Origin: Propionibacteriaceae bacterium | Lineage (GTDB): Bacteria; Actinomycetota; Actinomycetes; Propionibacteriales; Propionibacteriaceae | Direction of reading: 5' to 3' | Assembly (NCBI GenBank): GCA_030538315.1 | Contig: JAUNUF010000004.1 | Span: 7,760-71,759 of the forward strand | Length of the DNA: 64,000 nt | In this document: piece by piece, positions 28,370-39,382 of the stretch | Layout: each line of letters begins with the position of its first letter | How positions within the stretch are numbered: the first letter of the stretch is position 1 | The notes under the pieces: generated by a model | Database searches by the model: none | What the model was told of the DNA's origin: nothing | The model's input: only the letters and a program-made list of their open reading frames with translations | Made by a program: the position numbers and the translations under genes

Positions 28370-28402
28370 GGGGGGGGGGGGGGGCCCCGCCCCCCCCCCC
28401 CC
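28370..28402. repeat. Homopolymer pair G15-CCCC-G-C13
   Basis: Read directly: G x15 (28370-28384), CCCC, G, C x13 (28390-28402). It begins 7 nt after the stop codon at 28361-28363. Confidence 0.9.
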
Positions 28403-28489
28403 GACACCATCCGTGAATCGTTGTTGGATTTCCACAAGCCAGGCCGTATCCTGAGACGAGTTTAAGAGTTCTCAGGCAAGGTGGTCGGT

Positions 28490-29632
28490 ATGGTGGCTCC
28501 CCGGCGCGCAGCCGCGTCGGATGACGGCGCCCTCGTCGAGCTCGGCACCGTCTCCGTGGCACGCCGGGCGCTCGGCGCCGCCGCCCCACCTCGCCGTCGG
28601 TTGAGCAAGATCGTGGTGGCTCCCCTGGCCGCGCTGTCCGTGACCGGCTTGGCCGTGGGCCTACTGGTGCTGCCACCCACCGATGGGCTCGACGGCGCCA
28701 ACCAGGCCACGCTGAAGGCCGCCCCGCTGGGTGTCTCCCGCAACCAGGAGCGGGAGCCACTGGTCACGCCCCCGCTCACCGCTCCCAGCTTCGCGCCAAC
28801 GGCTGCCCTTGAACCAACCGAGAGCGCCACGCCAGCGGAGAGCACGGATCCCGGCGAAGCCACTCCCACCGAGAGCCCTGAGCCCGTCGTCGCAGCGAGC
28901 GCTCCACCGGTCGAACTCGACACCGCTGCCGCAGAGGAAACCGACGCATTGGTGGCACCCGCCCCTGTCGTGCCCGCCTTCGATCCGGCCGCGCTGGGCG
29001 AAGCCGCTGGCGCGCGCTACGCCACATCGTCGGTCAACGTCCGCACGGGCCCCGGCACGGATTTCGACGTACGCCGCACCCTCACGGAGGGGGCCGAGGT
29101 CACGATCACCGACAAGGAGGTCGACGGCTGGCGCCAGATCGTCCTGTCGAAGAAGGCTGGCTGGGTCAGCGCCAAGTACCTCACGGACAAGAAGCCCGCC
29201 CCCAAGCCCAAGCCCACGAAGGCCGCCAAGCCCTCGACGGCGAAGTCGTCGACCGGATCTGCAGATTCGAGCTACTCGGGCGCCGTGTGCAAGAAGGCCG
29301 CTGGCATCGAGAAGGGCCTGACGGAGCGCACCCGCGGCGTGCTGCGTGCGGTGTGCGCGCAGTTCCCCGGCGTGAGCTCCTACGGTGGCCGGCGCAGCGG
29401 CGGCGGCAACCACGGCTCCGGCAAGGCCATCGACGTGATGGTGAGCGGCTCCTATGGCTGGGAGATCGCCAACTGGGCACGCGCCAATGCTCGTTCCTTG
29501 GGGATCACCGAGGTGATCTACGAGCAGAAGATCTGGACCACCCAGCGCTCAGGCGATGGCTGGCGCGGCATGAAGAGCCGCGGCTCCGTGTCGGCCAACC
29601 ACTACGACCACGTGCACATCTCGGTGCGCTGA
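28490..29632 (+). CDS. Membrane-anchored SH3b domain / LAS (M15-like) metallopeptidase-type cell-wall hydrolase
   Basis: TM anchor and Pro/Thr/Ala-rich spacer. SH3b YATSSVNVRTGPGTDF...GWRQIV...GWVSAKYL. The C-terminus has an HxxGxAxD motif (NHGSGKAID) plus HYDHVH. ATG 28490 is preceded by AAGGTGG. Confidence 0.7.
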   Translation: MVAPRRAAASDDGALVELGTVSVARRALGAAAPPRRRLSKIVVAPLAALSVTGLAVGLLVLPPTDGLDGANQATLKAAPLGVSRNQEREPLVTPPLTAPSFAPTAALEPTESATPAESTDPGEATPTESPEPVVAASAPPVELDTAAAEETDALVAPAPVVPAFDPAALGEAAGARYATSSVNVRTGPGTDFDVRRTLTEGAEVTITDKEVDGWRQIVLSKKAGWVSAKYLTDKKPAPKPKPTKAAKPSTAKSSTGSADSSYSGAVCKKAAGIEKGLTERTRGVLRAVCAQFPGVSSYGGRRSGGGNHGSGKAIDVMVSGSYGWEIANWARANARSLGITEVIYEQKIWTTQRSGDGWRGMKSRGSVSANHYDHVHISVR

Positions 29633-29635
29633 TCG

Positions 29636-30721
29636 CTAGGAGCGGTCCGGCGCGACCTCTGGCGGAGCAGCGCTGCCGCCCTCGCTCTCCACTGGAGCGA
29701 AGGTGGGTGCTCCCCCGTCCAGCCCGGCCTCTTCGCGGGAGAGGCTGACGAAGTTGAGCGCGTCGTAATCCCCGGCCTCCCACACAACGGCGAGCCTGCC
29801 GTCGGCCATCTCCGCGGCAACTGAGTATGCCGCCGCGCCGGAGTCGAGCAGCACCGGGGCGCCCCAGGTTGCGCCGCCGTCGGCGCTGGCGCGGAGGGTG
29901 AGCCGCCGTCGTTCCTGGGGGTCGTCCAGCAGTGTGCAGACGATGTGCTCGCCCCACAGGGCGAGGCCGCCGTTGCAGGCGGGATCCACCAGGTCGTCGT
30001 GGGGCACGGGCGCTGAGAACGTGACGGCGCCATCGTCGGAGAGCGCCCACCGACGACGCGGCCTGGCGCGGGCGTGCAGCAGGACGCGACCATCGGGGCG
30101 CTCCAGCACCTTGTTCTCGTCGCAATCCGGCCCGATGCGCTCCCCCAACTGCCACGAGGCGCCGGAGTCGTCGGAATAGGCCATCACGGCGTGATGTTCC
30201 TCGGCCCCCGTGCGGAGCACGAACGGCTGCACCAGACGACCAGAACGGAGCGCGATGCCGTTGCCGGAGGAGGCGAACATGCCGGTGACGTCGTGGGGCT
30301 TGAGCTGGGCGGTGAGGTCGCGGTGGGTCCAGGTGTCGCCGTCGTCGATGGATGTCGCCAGCCAGAGCCTGAGCCCCTCACCGTCCGGGCCGGCATCCGC
30401 GGTGAAGAAGGATCGGCCGGTGGAGCCCACGTACCAGCAGAAGATGGTGCCGGCGGGGTCGACGATGAAGCTCGCGTCGCCGAAGCCGCCCTCCTCCGTG
30501 CGGCGGCGCAGCACGCGCACGTCTGACCAGGTGGTGCCGTTGTCGTCGGAGGCGCGGTAGACGATGTCGAAGGGACCCGGCAGATCGCGCCAGTCGGCCC
30601 GCACGTCCCACGCGACGATGACCCGCCCCGTCGGCGTGACGGCGAGGGCCGGAATCCGGTAGCAGGGAGCGTCGAACGCTGAGCCTTCGAGCGGGGTTCC
30701 GGTGGTCGCGAGTGTGATCAT
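29636..30721 (-). CDS. nanH: Exo-alpha-sialidase (GH33), catalytic beta-propeller only, no signal peptide
   Basis: YRIP motif (APCYRIPALAV) and four Asp-boxes (SDDNGTTW, SIDDGDTW, SDDSGASW, SADGGATW). Start is the ATG at 30721 (MITLATTG...). Confidence 0.9.
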   Translation of the reverse strand: MITLATTGTPLEGSAFDAPCYRIPALAVTPTGRVIVAWDVRADWRDLPGPFDIVYRASDDNGTTWSDVRVLRRRTEEGGFGDASFIVDPAGTIFCWYVGSTGRSFFTADAGPDGEGLRLWLATSIDDGDTWTHRDLTAQLKPHDVTGMFASSGNGIALRSGRLVQPFVLRTGAEEHHAVMAYSDDSGASWQLGERIGPDCDENKVLERPDGRVLLHARARPRRRWALSDDGAVTFSAPVPHDDLVDPACNGGLALWGEHIVCTLLDDPQERRRLTLRASADGGATWGAPVLLDSGAAAYSVAAEMADGRLAVVWEAGDYDALNFVSLSREEAGLDGGAPTFAPVESEGGSAAPPEVAPDRS

Positions 30722-30838
30722 GGTCGCCTTCCTACGCTGATTGAGCCGACCGCATCCGAGCTTGCGAGGATCGCGATCGTGTCGCTTGTACTGAGCCACG
30801 CTCAGCGACGAAGTCGCCAGCGTGAGTCGAAGTGAAAT

Positions 30839-30856
30839 CCCTAGACGTGTCTAGGG
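30839..30856. promoter_or_regulatory. 8-2-8 perfect palindrome CCCTAGAC-GT-GTCTAGGG upstream of nanH
   Basis: Read directly; lies ~120 bp upstream of the sialidase start codon. Confidence 0.45.
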
Positions 30857-30925
30857 GCGGGTTGGGAGCCAAGTTGTGGTTGCGGTGGCGAGCACGCTTG
30901 GCGGCCCTTCGTCGGATCACGCTGC

Positions 30926-31020
30926 TCCTTCGTCGCAGGCGATCCGCTCAGGGACCAGCGTGACGGTCCTTCGTCGCAGGCGATCCGCTCAGGGTCCAGC
31001 GTGACGGTCCTTCGTCAGCA
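30926..31020. repeat. 41-bp tandem direct repeat, about 2.3 copies (TCCTTCGTCGCAGGCGATCCGCTCAGGGACCAGCGTGACGG)
   Basis: Units at 30926-30966 and 30967-31007 differ at 1 position. A partial third copy starts at 31008. Related, in reverse complement, to the start of the 107-bp unit at 40100. Confidence 0.85.
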
Positions 31021-31047
31021 TCCGGCGACTTCGTCGCGGGACGCTCC

Positions 31048-31728
31048 TCAGGAACCGGCGACGGCGTCGGCGAACCAGCCGGTGATCGTGGCCGGATGCG
31101 TGATGGCGGTGCCGACGACGACGCTCCAGGCGCCGCGACGCATCGCCTCGGCGGCGACCTCAGGAGTGTGCACCCGACCCTCGACGATCACCGGACGATC
31201 AGCCTGGGCCAGGATCTCGTCGACGGCCTCCCAGTCGACGCCCGGCGTCTTGGGGCGCTCACCCGAGTAACCCACGAGCGTGGTGCCAATCAGGTCTGCG
31301 CCCGCCTCCTGGGCCGCGAGCGCGTCACCGGCAGACCCACAATCCGCCATGATCAGAACATCCGGGTACTCGGCCTTGAACTCGGCGATCGTCTCGGCCA
31401 ACGTCCGCTCGTCGGGGCGCTCGCGGCGCGTGCCGTCGATCGCAACGATCTCGACGCCAGTCTGCGCAACCTCGAGGCAGTCCTTCAGCGTGGGCGTGAT
31501 GTAGACGCCGGTGTCACCGACCTTCACCAGGCCGATCACCGGCACGTCGACGCGACCCTTGATGGCGCGCAGATCATCAAGACCCTTGGCCCGGATGGCA
31601 GCAGCGCCGCCGCGGACGGCGGATTCCGCCACCTGGGCCATGGTGTTCGGGTCGAGCATCGGCTCGCCCGGGTAGGCCTGGCAGGAGACGACGAGTTTGC
31701 CCTTCAGGGCGTCAGCGATGGCGTTCAT
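31048..31728 (-). CDS. nanE: N-acetylmannosamine-6-phosphate 2-epimerase
   Basis: KLVVSCQA motif and full NanE TIM-barrel pattern. ATGA overlap with nanK. Start is the ATG at 31728. Confidence 0.9.
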   Translation of the reverse strand: MNAIADALKGKLVVSCQAYPGEPMLDPNTMAQVAESAVRGGAAAIRAKGLDDLRAIKGRVDVPVIGLVKVGDTGVYITPTLKDCLEVAQTGVEIVAIDGTRRERPDERTLAETIAEFKAEYPDVLIMADCGSAGDALAAQEAGADLIGTTLVGYSGERPKTPGVDWEAVDEILAQADRPVIVEGRVHTPEVAAEAMRRGAWSVVVGTAITHPATITGWFADAVAGS

Positions 31729-32642
31729 GAAACCTCTCCGAAAACGTGTGCGGCGGCGCCAACCAGCGCCGCGGAGTTGCCCAATTGGGCCTTGAGGACG
31801 GGGATGTCGGCCAGCACGGGAATCAGCTCCGCCCGGATGGTGTCGCGCAGCGGCGTCCACCACACGGGGCCAGCGTCGGCGACCCCACCGCCGATGACCA
31901 CAGCAGCCGGATCCACCACGGTGACCAGCCCGGCGATCGCCTTGCCCAGCGCAACCGCAGCAGCCTGCACGACGGCGAGCGCGTCGTCGTCATGGCCCCC
32001 GGCGGCGCGCTCCATGATCTGGCGGCCGCTGGCGGAATCCCCGCCCGCGGCCACATACTGTCGTTCGATCGCGGGACCAGCCGCGATGGCCTCGAGGTGG
32101 CCCAAGCGACCACACGGGCACCGCAGGGCCTCAGCCCCGGGCGTCGGGACGTGGCCCATCTCGCCGGCCACGCTGTGCGCACCGGTGCGGAGCTTCCCAT
32201 CGAGCACCAGCGCGCCGCCCACCCCGGTGCCAACGGCCACCATGAGCAGCGAATCCAGCCCTTGGGCCGCACCGAACCGAAACTCGCCGACGGCGTGCGC
32301 GTCCACATCGTTCAGCACAGCAATGCGGCGCTCACCGCCCCAACCCAGCCGCTCGCGCAGCCCGGAAACGACGTCCGTGCCCACCCAATCGCGGAACGTG
32401 TCCGTGGAGGAGATGATGCGGCCAGCGCGCGAGTCAACGACCCCGGCGGTGCCGATGCCCAGCCCCACCACGTCGTCGGCGGCAACTTGCCGCACCAGAT
32501 CCGCCACCACGTCGAGCACGGCTGCGCCACCCTCGGCAGCAGGGGTGGGCGCGGAGACCACCTCGCCCAGCACCCCGTCAGAGGACACGAGCGAGACGGC
32601 GGTCTTCGTACCGCCCAGATCGACCCCTACCGCATAGCTCAT
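31725..32642 (-). CDS. nanK: ROK-family kinase, N-acetylmannosamine kinase by context
   Basis: VGVDLGGTKTA ATP motif and ROK zinc motif (CPCGRLGHLE). Located between nanA and nanE. Confidence 0.8.
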   Translation of the reverse strand: MSYAVGVDLGGTKTAVSLVSSDGVLGEVVSAPTPAAEGGAAVLDVVADLVRQVAADDVVGLGIGTAGVVDSRAGRIISSTDTFRDWVGTDVVSGLRERLGWGGERRIAVLNDVDAHAVGEFRFGAAQGLDSLLMVAVGTGVGGALVLDGKLRTGAHSVAGEMGHVPTPGAEALRCPCGRLGHLEAIAAGPAIERQYVAAGGDSASGRQIMERAAGGHDDDALAVVQAAAVALGKAIAGLVTVVDPAAVVIGGGVADAGPVWWTPLRDTIRAELIPVLADIPVLKAQLGNSAALVGAAAHVFGEVS

Positions 32643-33556
32643 GAGAGCAGGTTAACCTCGCGCAGGATCTGCTCGATGGCAGGCGTGCAGCTCTCGTCGA
32701 GCGGACGAATGGGCGCGGGCATGGCGGCCGAGGCGATGATGCCGAGGCTGGCCATGGCCTGCTTGAAGGCGCCGATGCCGCCAGCGTCGCCGGACATGCC
32801 CTTGGGCACGAAGGCGATCTCGAACAGCTGCGTGATGCGATCCTGCTCGTCGCGGGCCTTGGCCCAGTCGCCGGCCTCGGCGGCTTCCCAGAGGCGGGTG
32901 TAGCCGGCAGGGTCCACGTTGCCCAGGCCGGGCACGGCACCGTCGGCGCCGAGCAGCAGCATGCCGTCGACCATCACCTCGTGGCCGGTGAACAGCTCCA
33001 GCGGGGAGCCGGCCTTCTTGTTGGCCAGCACGAGGCGGCGGAAACCGACGTCGTCACCGGAGGAATCCTTGACGCCGCGGATGACGCCTTCCTGGCCGAG
33101 GCGAACGAGCATGTCGACGGCGAGGTAATTGTGGACGCGAACGGGCACGTTGTACGCGTAGACGGGCACGGAGACGCCGGCGGCGACCATGCGGAAGTGC
33201 TCCTCGATCTCCGCCATGTCGTTGAGGGCGTACAGCGGGGAGGTGACGACGATGGCGTCAGCCCCGGCGGCGACCGCGCGCTGGGCCTCCTCCACCATGC
33301 GGGGAGCGGTCAGCTCGGGGGTACCCACGAGCACCGGCACGCGGCCGGCCACGCGCTCCACGGTGCGGCGGGTGATCTCGTCGCGCTGCGAGTTGGTGAG
33401 GTAGGCAACCTGGCCGGAGGAGCCCAGCACGAACAGGCCGTGCACGCCGCCGTCGATCAGGTGGTCAACAACCTTGTCGAGGCCGTCGTAATCAACGGTG
33501 CCATCGGGGTTCATGGGGGTGACGACGGGGGGAACGATGCCACGCAGCTTCTGCAT
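32639..33556 (-). CDS. nanA: N-acetylneuraminate lyase (DHDPS/NAL family)
   Basis: GIVPPVVTPM, GSSGQ, and the Schiff-base lysine context GVKDSSGD. nan operon context. Confidence 0.85.
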   Translation of the reverse strand: MQKLRGIVPPVVTPMNPDGTVDYDGLDKVVDHLIDGGVHGLFVLGSSGQVAYLTNSQRDEITRRTVERVAGRVPVLVGTPELTAPRMVEEAQRAVAAGADAIVVTSPLYALNDMAEIEEHFRMVAAGVSVPVYAYNVPVRVHNYLAVDMLVRLGQEGVIRGVKDSSGDDVGFRRLVLANKKAGSPLELFTGHEVMVDGMLLLGADGAVPGLGNVDPAGYTRLWEAAEAGDWAKARDEQDRITQLFEIAFVPKGMSGDAGGIGAFKQAMASLGIIASAAMPAPIRPLDESCTPAIEQILREVNLLS

Positions 33557-33589
33557 GATCTATCTCTTCTTTCGGGGTGTTGTTGAGAG

Positions 33590-34377
33590 TCAGACGAGGG
33601 AGGGCACGGCGCTCAGGAGAGTGCGCGTGTACTCCTCTTGGGGGTTGTTGAACACTTGATCTGCCGGGCCGGTCTCGATGATCTTGCCGGCGAGCATCAC
33701 CGCCATGCGGTCTGAGATGAACCGCACGGTGTTGATGTCGTGGCTGATGAACACCAGGCCGAGGCCCAGTTCGTCCTTCAGATCCGTGAGCAGGTTGAGC
33801 ACCTGGGCGCGCACCGAAACGTCGAGGGCCGACGTCGGCTCGTCCGCGATGATCACGTCTGGCTCGAGCGCCAGAGCGCGGGCGATGGCCACGCGCTGAC
33901 GCTGACCGCCGGAGATCTGGCGGGGCAGCACGTCGAGCGCAGATTGCGGGAGGCCCACCACGTCGAGCAGGTGCTTGACGCGCTTCTCGCGCTCCTCCGG
34001 GGTGCCCACGCCGTGGACCTTGAAGGGGTCCAGCAGCGCGTCGCGCACCAGCATGCGGGGGTTGAGGGCCGTGGCCGGATCCTGGAACACGACGGAGACG
34101 GCGCGCCCCAGCTTCTTGCGGCCATCGGCGTTGAGCTTCATCTCTTCGCCGAAGTAGCGCACGGTGCCGCTGGTGACGGGCTGGAGACCCACCATCACCC
34201 GGGCCAGCGTGGACTTGCCACAGCCGGATTCGCCGACGAGGCCCAGCGTCTCGCCCTTGCTGACGGAGACGCTGACGCCGTTGACGGCGTGCACTCGGTC
34301 TGGGCGGAACAGCTTGCCGGTGCGGGCTTTGTGGATGACGTGGACGTCTTCGAGTTCGACGACAGGCGTGGTGCTCA

Positions 34378-34378
<1 letters not shown>
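33590..34378 (-). CDS. Opp/Dpp-type ABC transporter ATP-binding protein (DppF-like)
   Basis: Walker A GESGCGKST, signature ISGGQRQR, Walker B IIADEPTSALD. The ATG at 34378 sits 6 nt after GGAGGG. Confidence 0.85.
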
Positions 34379-36455
<2,077 letters not shown>

Positions 36456-36456
<1 letters not shown>

Positions 36457-37418
36457 CAGATGCTCCTGATCCGCGGGTTGACCATGACGTAGAGGAGATC
36501 CACGATCAGGTTGACGACGATGAAGGCGATCGCGACCGTGATGGTCACGCCCTGAACGATGTTGACATCGTTGCGGGTGATGCCCTGGAAGATGAGTTGG
36601 CCCATGCCCTGGATGTTGAAGATCATCTCGATGACGACGGCGCCACCCATGAGGTAGCCGACGCGCAGGCCCAGCACGGTGAGCGGGGTGATCAGCGCGT
36701 TGCGCAGCACGTTGCGGGCGATCACCACAGGCTTGGGGATGCCGGCGCCGATGGCGGTGCGCACGTAGTCGCGGTCCAGTTCCTCAACCATGGCGGTGCG
36801 CACCACGCGGATGAGCGAGCCGGCCACGGGGATGGCCAGCGCCAGCGACGGGAGGAACATGGTGTTGGCGTAGCCAGCCGGGTCCTGCGTGAAGGGGATC
36901 CAGTTGACGACGGCGGGGAACCAGCCGGCGCCGCCGGGGATGTTGCCGAACGCCTGGATCATGAGGAGGGCCAGCCAGAACGACGGCGTGGCCAGCGAGG
37001 CGATCGAGATCACGCGGATCAGCTGATCCGGCCAGCGGTCGCGGTAGAGGGCGGCGATGACGCCGAGCACCAGAGCGAGCACGACGGCGATGGCCAGGCC
37101 AATGAAGGTCAGCTGCAGCGTCTTGGGGAAGTTCTCGGCCACCATCTGGGAGATGGGCACGCCGGTGAAGGATTCGCCGAGGTCGAACTGGACCAGACCG
37201 CCGAGGTAGCGGGCGAACCGCACCAGCATGGGGTCGTTGAGCCCGTTGGCTTCGCGATAGTTTTCGAGGGCCTGCAGCGACGCGCTTTCACCCAGCGCGA
37301 GGCGGGCCGGATCTGCGCTGGAGAACGACATCACGATGAACACGAGCAGCGTGACGCCGAACACCATGATCGGCAGCGCAATGAGGCGCCGACCAAGTAG
37401 CCGGATCAGATTGGACAC
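36456..37418 (-). CDS. Opp/Dpp-type ABC permease (DppB-like)
   Basis: 6-TM BPD_transp_1 pattern. The GTG start at 37418 is preceded by AAGAGGAG; the longer track ORF is rejected. Confidence 0.85.
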
Positions 37419-37489
37419 TTCTTCTTCGCTCCTCTTCGAGCGGGTTGGCCGCCGTTGCGGATTGCGTAGTTGGTGGGCACGGCTCCGCA

Positions 37490-37580
37490 CGGGACCCCCT
37501 GGTGAGGGGGTCCCGGCAGATTACCGAAGGGTGCCGCTCGTCGGCGGCACAGCACAGGGCCCCGGGAGTGCGGGGCCCTG
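37490..37580 (-). promoter_or_regulatory. Three consecutive GC-rich stem-loops between the SBP and permease genes
   Basis: CGGGACCCCC/GGGGGTCCCG (37490-37515), GTGCCGC/GCGGCAC (37531-37550), CAGGGCCCC/GGGGCCCTG (37555-37580). Confidence 0.55.
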
Positions 37581-37588
37581 GCGGGTTA

Positions 37589-39259
37589 TCAGAGCGTCGA
37601 GCCGACGCCGACGAAGGACAGGCCGGTCACTGCGATCGGCTTGAAGTCCTGCAGGGTTTCGCCGTTGAAGGCGGTGGGGGACTTGCGGTGGAAGATGGGG
37701 TACAGCGGCGCGTTCTCCGACACGATGTCGAAGATCTCGTGCCAAGCACCCATCTGGGCGTCGCCGGTGGACTCAGCAGCGGTACCGAGGAGCTCCTGGA
37801 CCTTGTTGTAGGAGTCCTGGCCCTTCCAGTGCATGCGGGAATCGGTCCACACGTCGCCGGCGTACCACCAGCGGATGAGGAGGTCAGCGTCGTCACCGAA
37901 GACGGAGGGGTCGCCGGGGGCCATGACGATGTCGAACGAGCCAGCGTTGCCGTCGATGGTGCCGTAGACGTCCGAGGACTTCTTCTCTTCGTAGCTGACG
38001 GTCAGGCCAGCAGCCTCGAGGGACTCCTTGACCATGGGGCGCACAGCGGAGAACCAGCCGTGATCCGAGGACAGGAGGCGAACTTCCTTGAGACCGGTCT
38101 CGGCGAAGAGCTCCTTGGCCTTCTCCATGTTGCCGGCGTACTGGACCTTGGCTTCCTTGAACGCGGGGTGCGCCTCGTGCACGAAGCTCTTGGCCGGAGC
38201 AGCGAGATCGGACATGCCGACCTTGCAGATCTGGTCGTAATCCAGGGCGTAGAGCACACCCTGGCGGTTGCGCACGTCGTCCATGGGGGCGGAGCCACAG
38301 TTGAACATGAGGAAGAGGAGGCCAAAGCCCTGCTGGGCGGCAACTTCCTTGGTCTGAGCCAGCTGGGCCAGGTTGGCGGCGGGCACCGAGTCGATGGCCT
38401 GGACGGAATCCGAGCTCAGGGCGTTGGTGCGGGTGGAGTCATCGGGGATGATCTGCCATTCCATGGTGGCCACGCGTGCGGGCTGGGTGCCGGTGTAGTC
38501 GTCGAAGCGCTCGAACTTGACGATCTGCGAGGAGGCGCCGTTGTCGGTCATCTTGAAGGGGCCGGTGCCAACGGGGTTGAGGTCGAACGCCTTGACGTCG
38601 GCCTCGACGAGGGCCTTCGGCACGATCTTCACGACGGCGAGACGCTCGGCCACCAGGGAGAAGGGGTACTTCGTCTTGATGGTGACGGTGTTGGCGTCCT
38701 TGGCGGTGACGGAGTCAATGAAGGGGATGAACGCGGCGTACAGCGAACCGTTGTCGGGGTTGAGCACGCGCTCGAAGGAGAACACGACGTCGTCAGCGGT
38801 GACAGGGTTGCCGTCGTGGAACACGGCACCGTCGCGCAGGGCGACTTCCCAGGTGGTGTCGTCAACCTGCGAGGGCAGTGCAGCGCCCAGGCCGGGGAAG
38901 ATCTCACGGGTGGCGGGGTGCAGCTCGGTGAGGCCCTCCATGGTGTGCCAGTTGGCGGCCAGGGTGAGCGCAGCGGTGGTGCTCATGGGGTCGTAACCGT
39001 TGGTGCCCAGCTCGTAGGAGATGGCGGCGGTGATCTTGCCTTCGCCACCGGCCTCAGCCGGAGGGGCGGCCGCGGTGGTGGTTTCGGTGGCGGCCGGGGT
39101 GGTCTCGGTACCAGCGGGGGTGGTGCCGCCGGTGGTGGGGGTGGTGCCAGCCGGGGTGCAGGCTGCCAGCGAGCCGGCGAGTGCGGCAGCTGCGCCGAAC
39201 GAGCCAGCGAGCTTGAACATGCTGCGACGCGAGGTGGGCGTGTTCATGGGGTTCGTCAT
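37589..39259 (-). CDS. Family-5 (Opp/Dpp-type) substrate-binding lipoprotein, candidate sialic-acid/sialoglycan binding component
   Basis: Tat-like SRRSMFKLAG followed by lipobox LAAC, a Thr-rich linker, and an SBP_bac_5 body. The ATG at 39259 sits 7 nt after AAGGAG. Confidence 0.85.
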   Translation of the reverse strand: MTNPMNTPTSRRSMFKLAGSFGAAAALAGSLAACTPAGTTPTTGGTTPAGTETTPAATETTTAAAPPAEAGGEGKITAAISYELGTNGYDPMSTTAALTLAANWHTMEGLTELHPATREIFPGLGAALPSQVDDTTWEVALRDGAVFHDGNPVTADDVVFSFERVLNPDNGSLYAAFIPFIDSVTAKDANTVTIKTKYPFSLVAERLAVVKIVPKALVEADVKAFDLNPVGTGPFKMTDNGASSQIVKFERFDDYTGTQPARVATMEWQIIPDDSTRTNALSSDSVQAIDSVPAANLAQLAQTKEVAAQQGFGLLFLMFNCGSAPMDDVRNRQGVLYALDYDQICKVGMSDLAAPAKSFVHEAHPAFKEAKVQYAGNMEKAKELFAETGLKEVRLLSSDHGWFSAVRPMVKESLEAAGLTVSYEEKKSSDVYGTIDGNAGSFDIVMAPGDPSVFGDDADLLIRWWYAGDVWTDSRMHWKGQDSYNKVQELLGTAAESTGDAQMGAWHEIFDIVSENAPLYPIFHRKSPTAFNGETLQDFKPIAVTGLSFVGVGSTL

Positions 39260-39278
39260 TAAACTCTCCTTGTTATCG

Positions 39279-39291
39279 GACATCCGATGTC
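39279..39291. promoter_or_regulatory. Palindrome GACATC-C-GATGTC in the divergent SBP / GntR-regulator promoter region
   Basis: Perfect 6-1-6 palindrome, read directly. Candidate GntR-family operator. Confidence 0.45.
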
Positions 39292-39382
39292 TGACCTACA
39301 ATCAGTATTGCACTTTATATCGCGTTACACTCGTGCCGCTCAAGAAAAATGCGCGAAAACCTCGAAAGGTTGCCGAATCGTG

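Noticed and set aside
28403-28489. Possible cyclic-di-AMP (ydaO-type) riboswitch upstream of the SH3b/M15 cell-wall hydrolase gene.
   Set aside because: Only a GUGAAUC-like fragment (ccgtgaatcg) is present. The pseudo-two-fold helices and the conserved ACGGGGA/CCCGAA elements I recall are not visible, and the spacer is short. A covariance-model scan would be needed to revive the idea.
30732-30920. 62-aa minus-strand ORF in the nanH upstream region.
   Set aside because: It lies across the palindrome and repeat sequences and has no RBS or coding bias. It is more plausibly non-coding regulatory or repeat DNA.
30926-31020. The tandem repeats at 30926-31020 and 40100-40294 considered as a CRISPR array.
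   Set aside because: There are only 2-3 directly abutting copies with no unique spacers. Unit lengths of 41 and 107 bp are atypical, and no cas genes are in the window.
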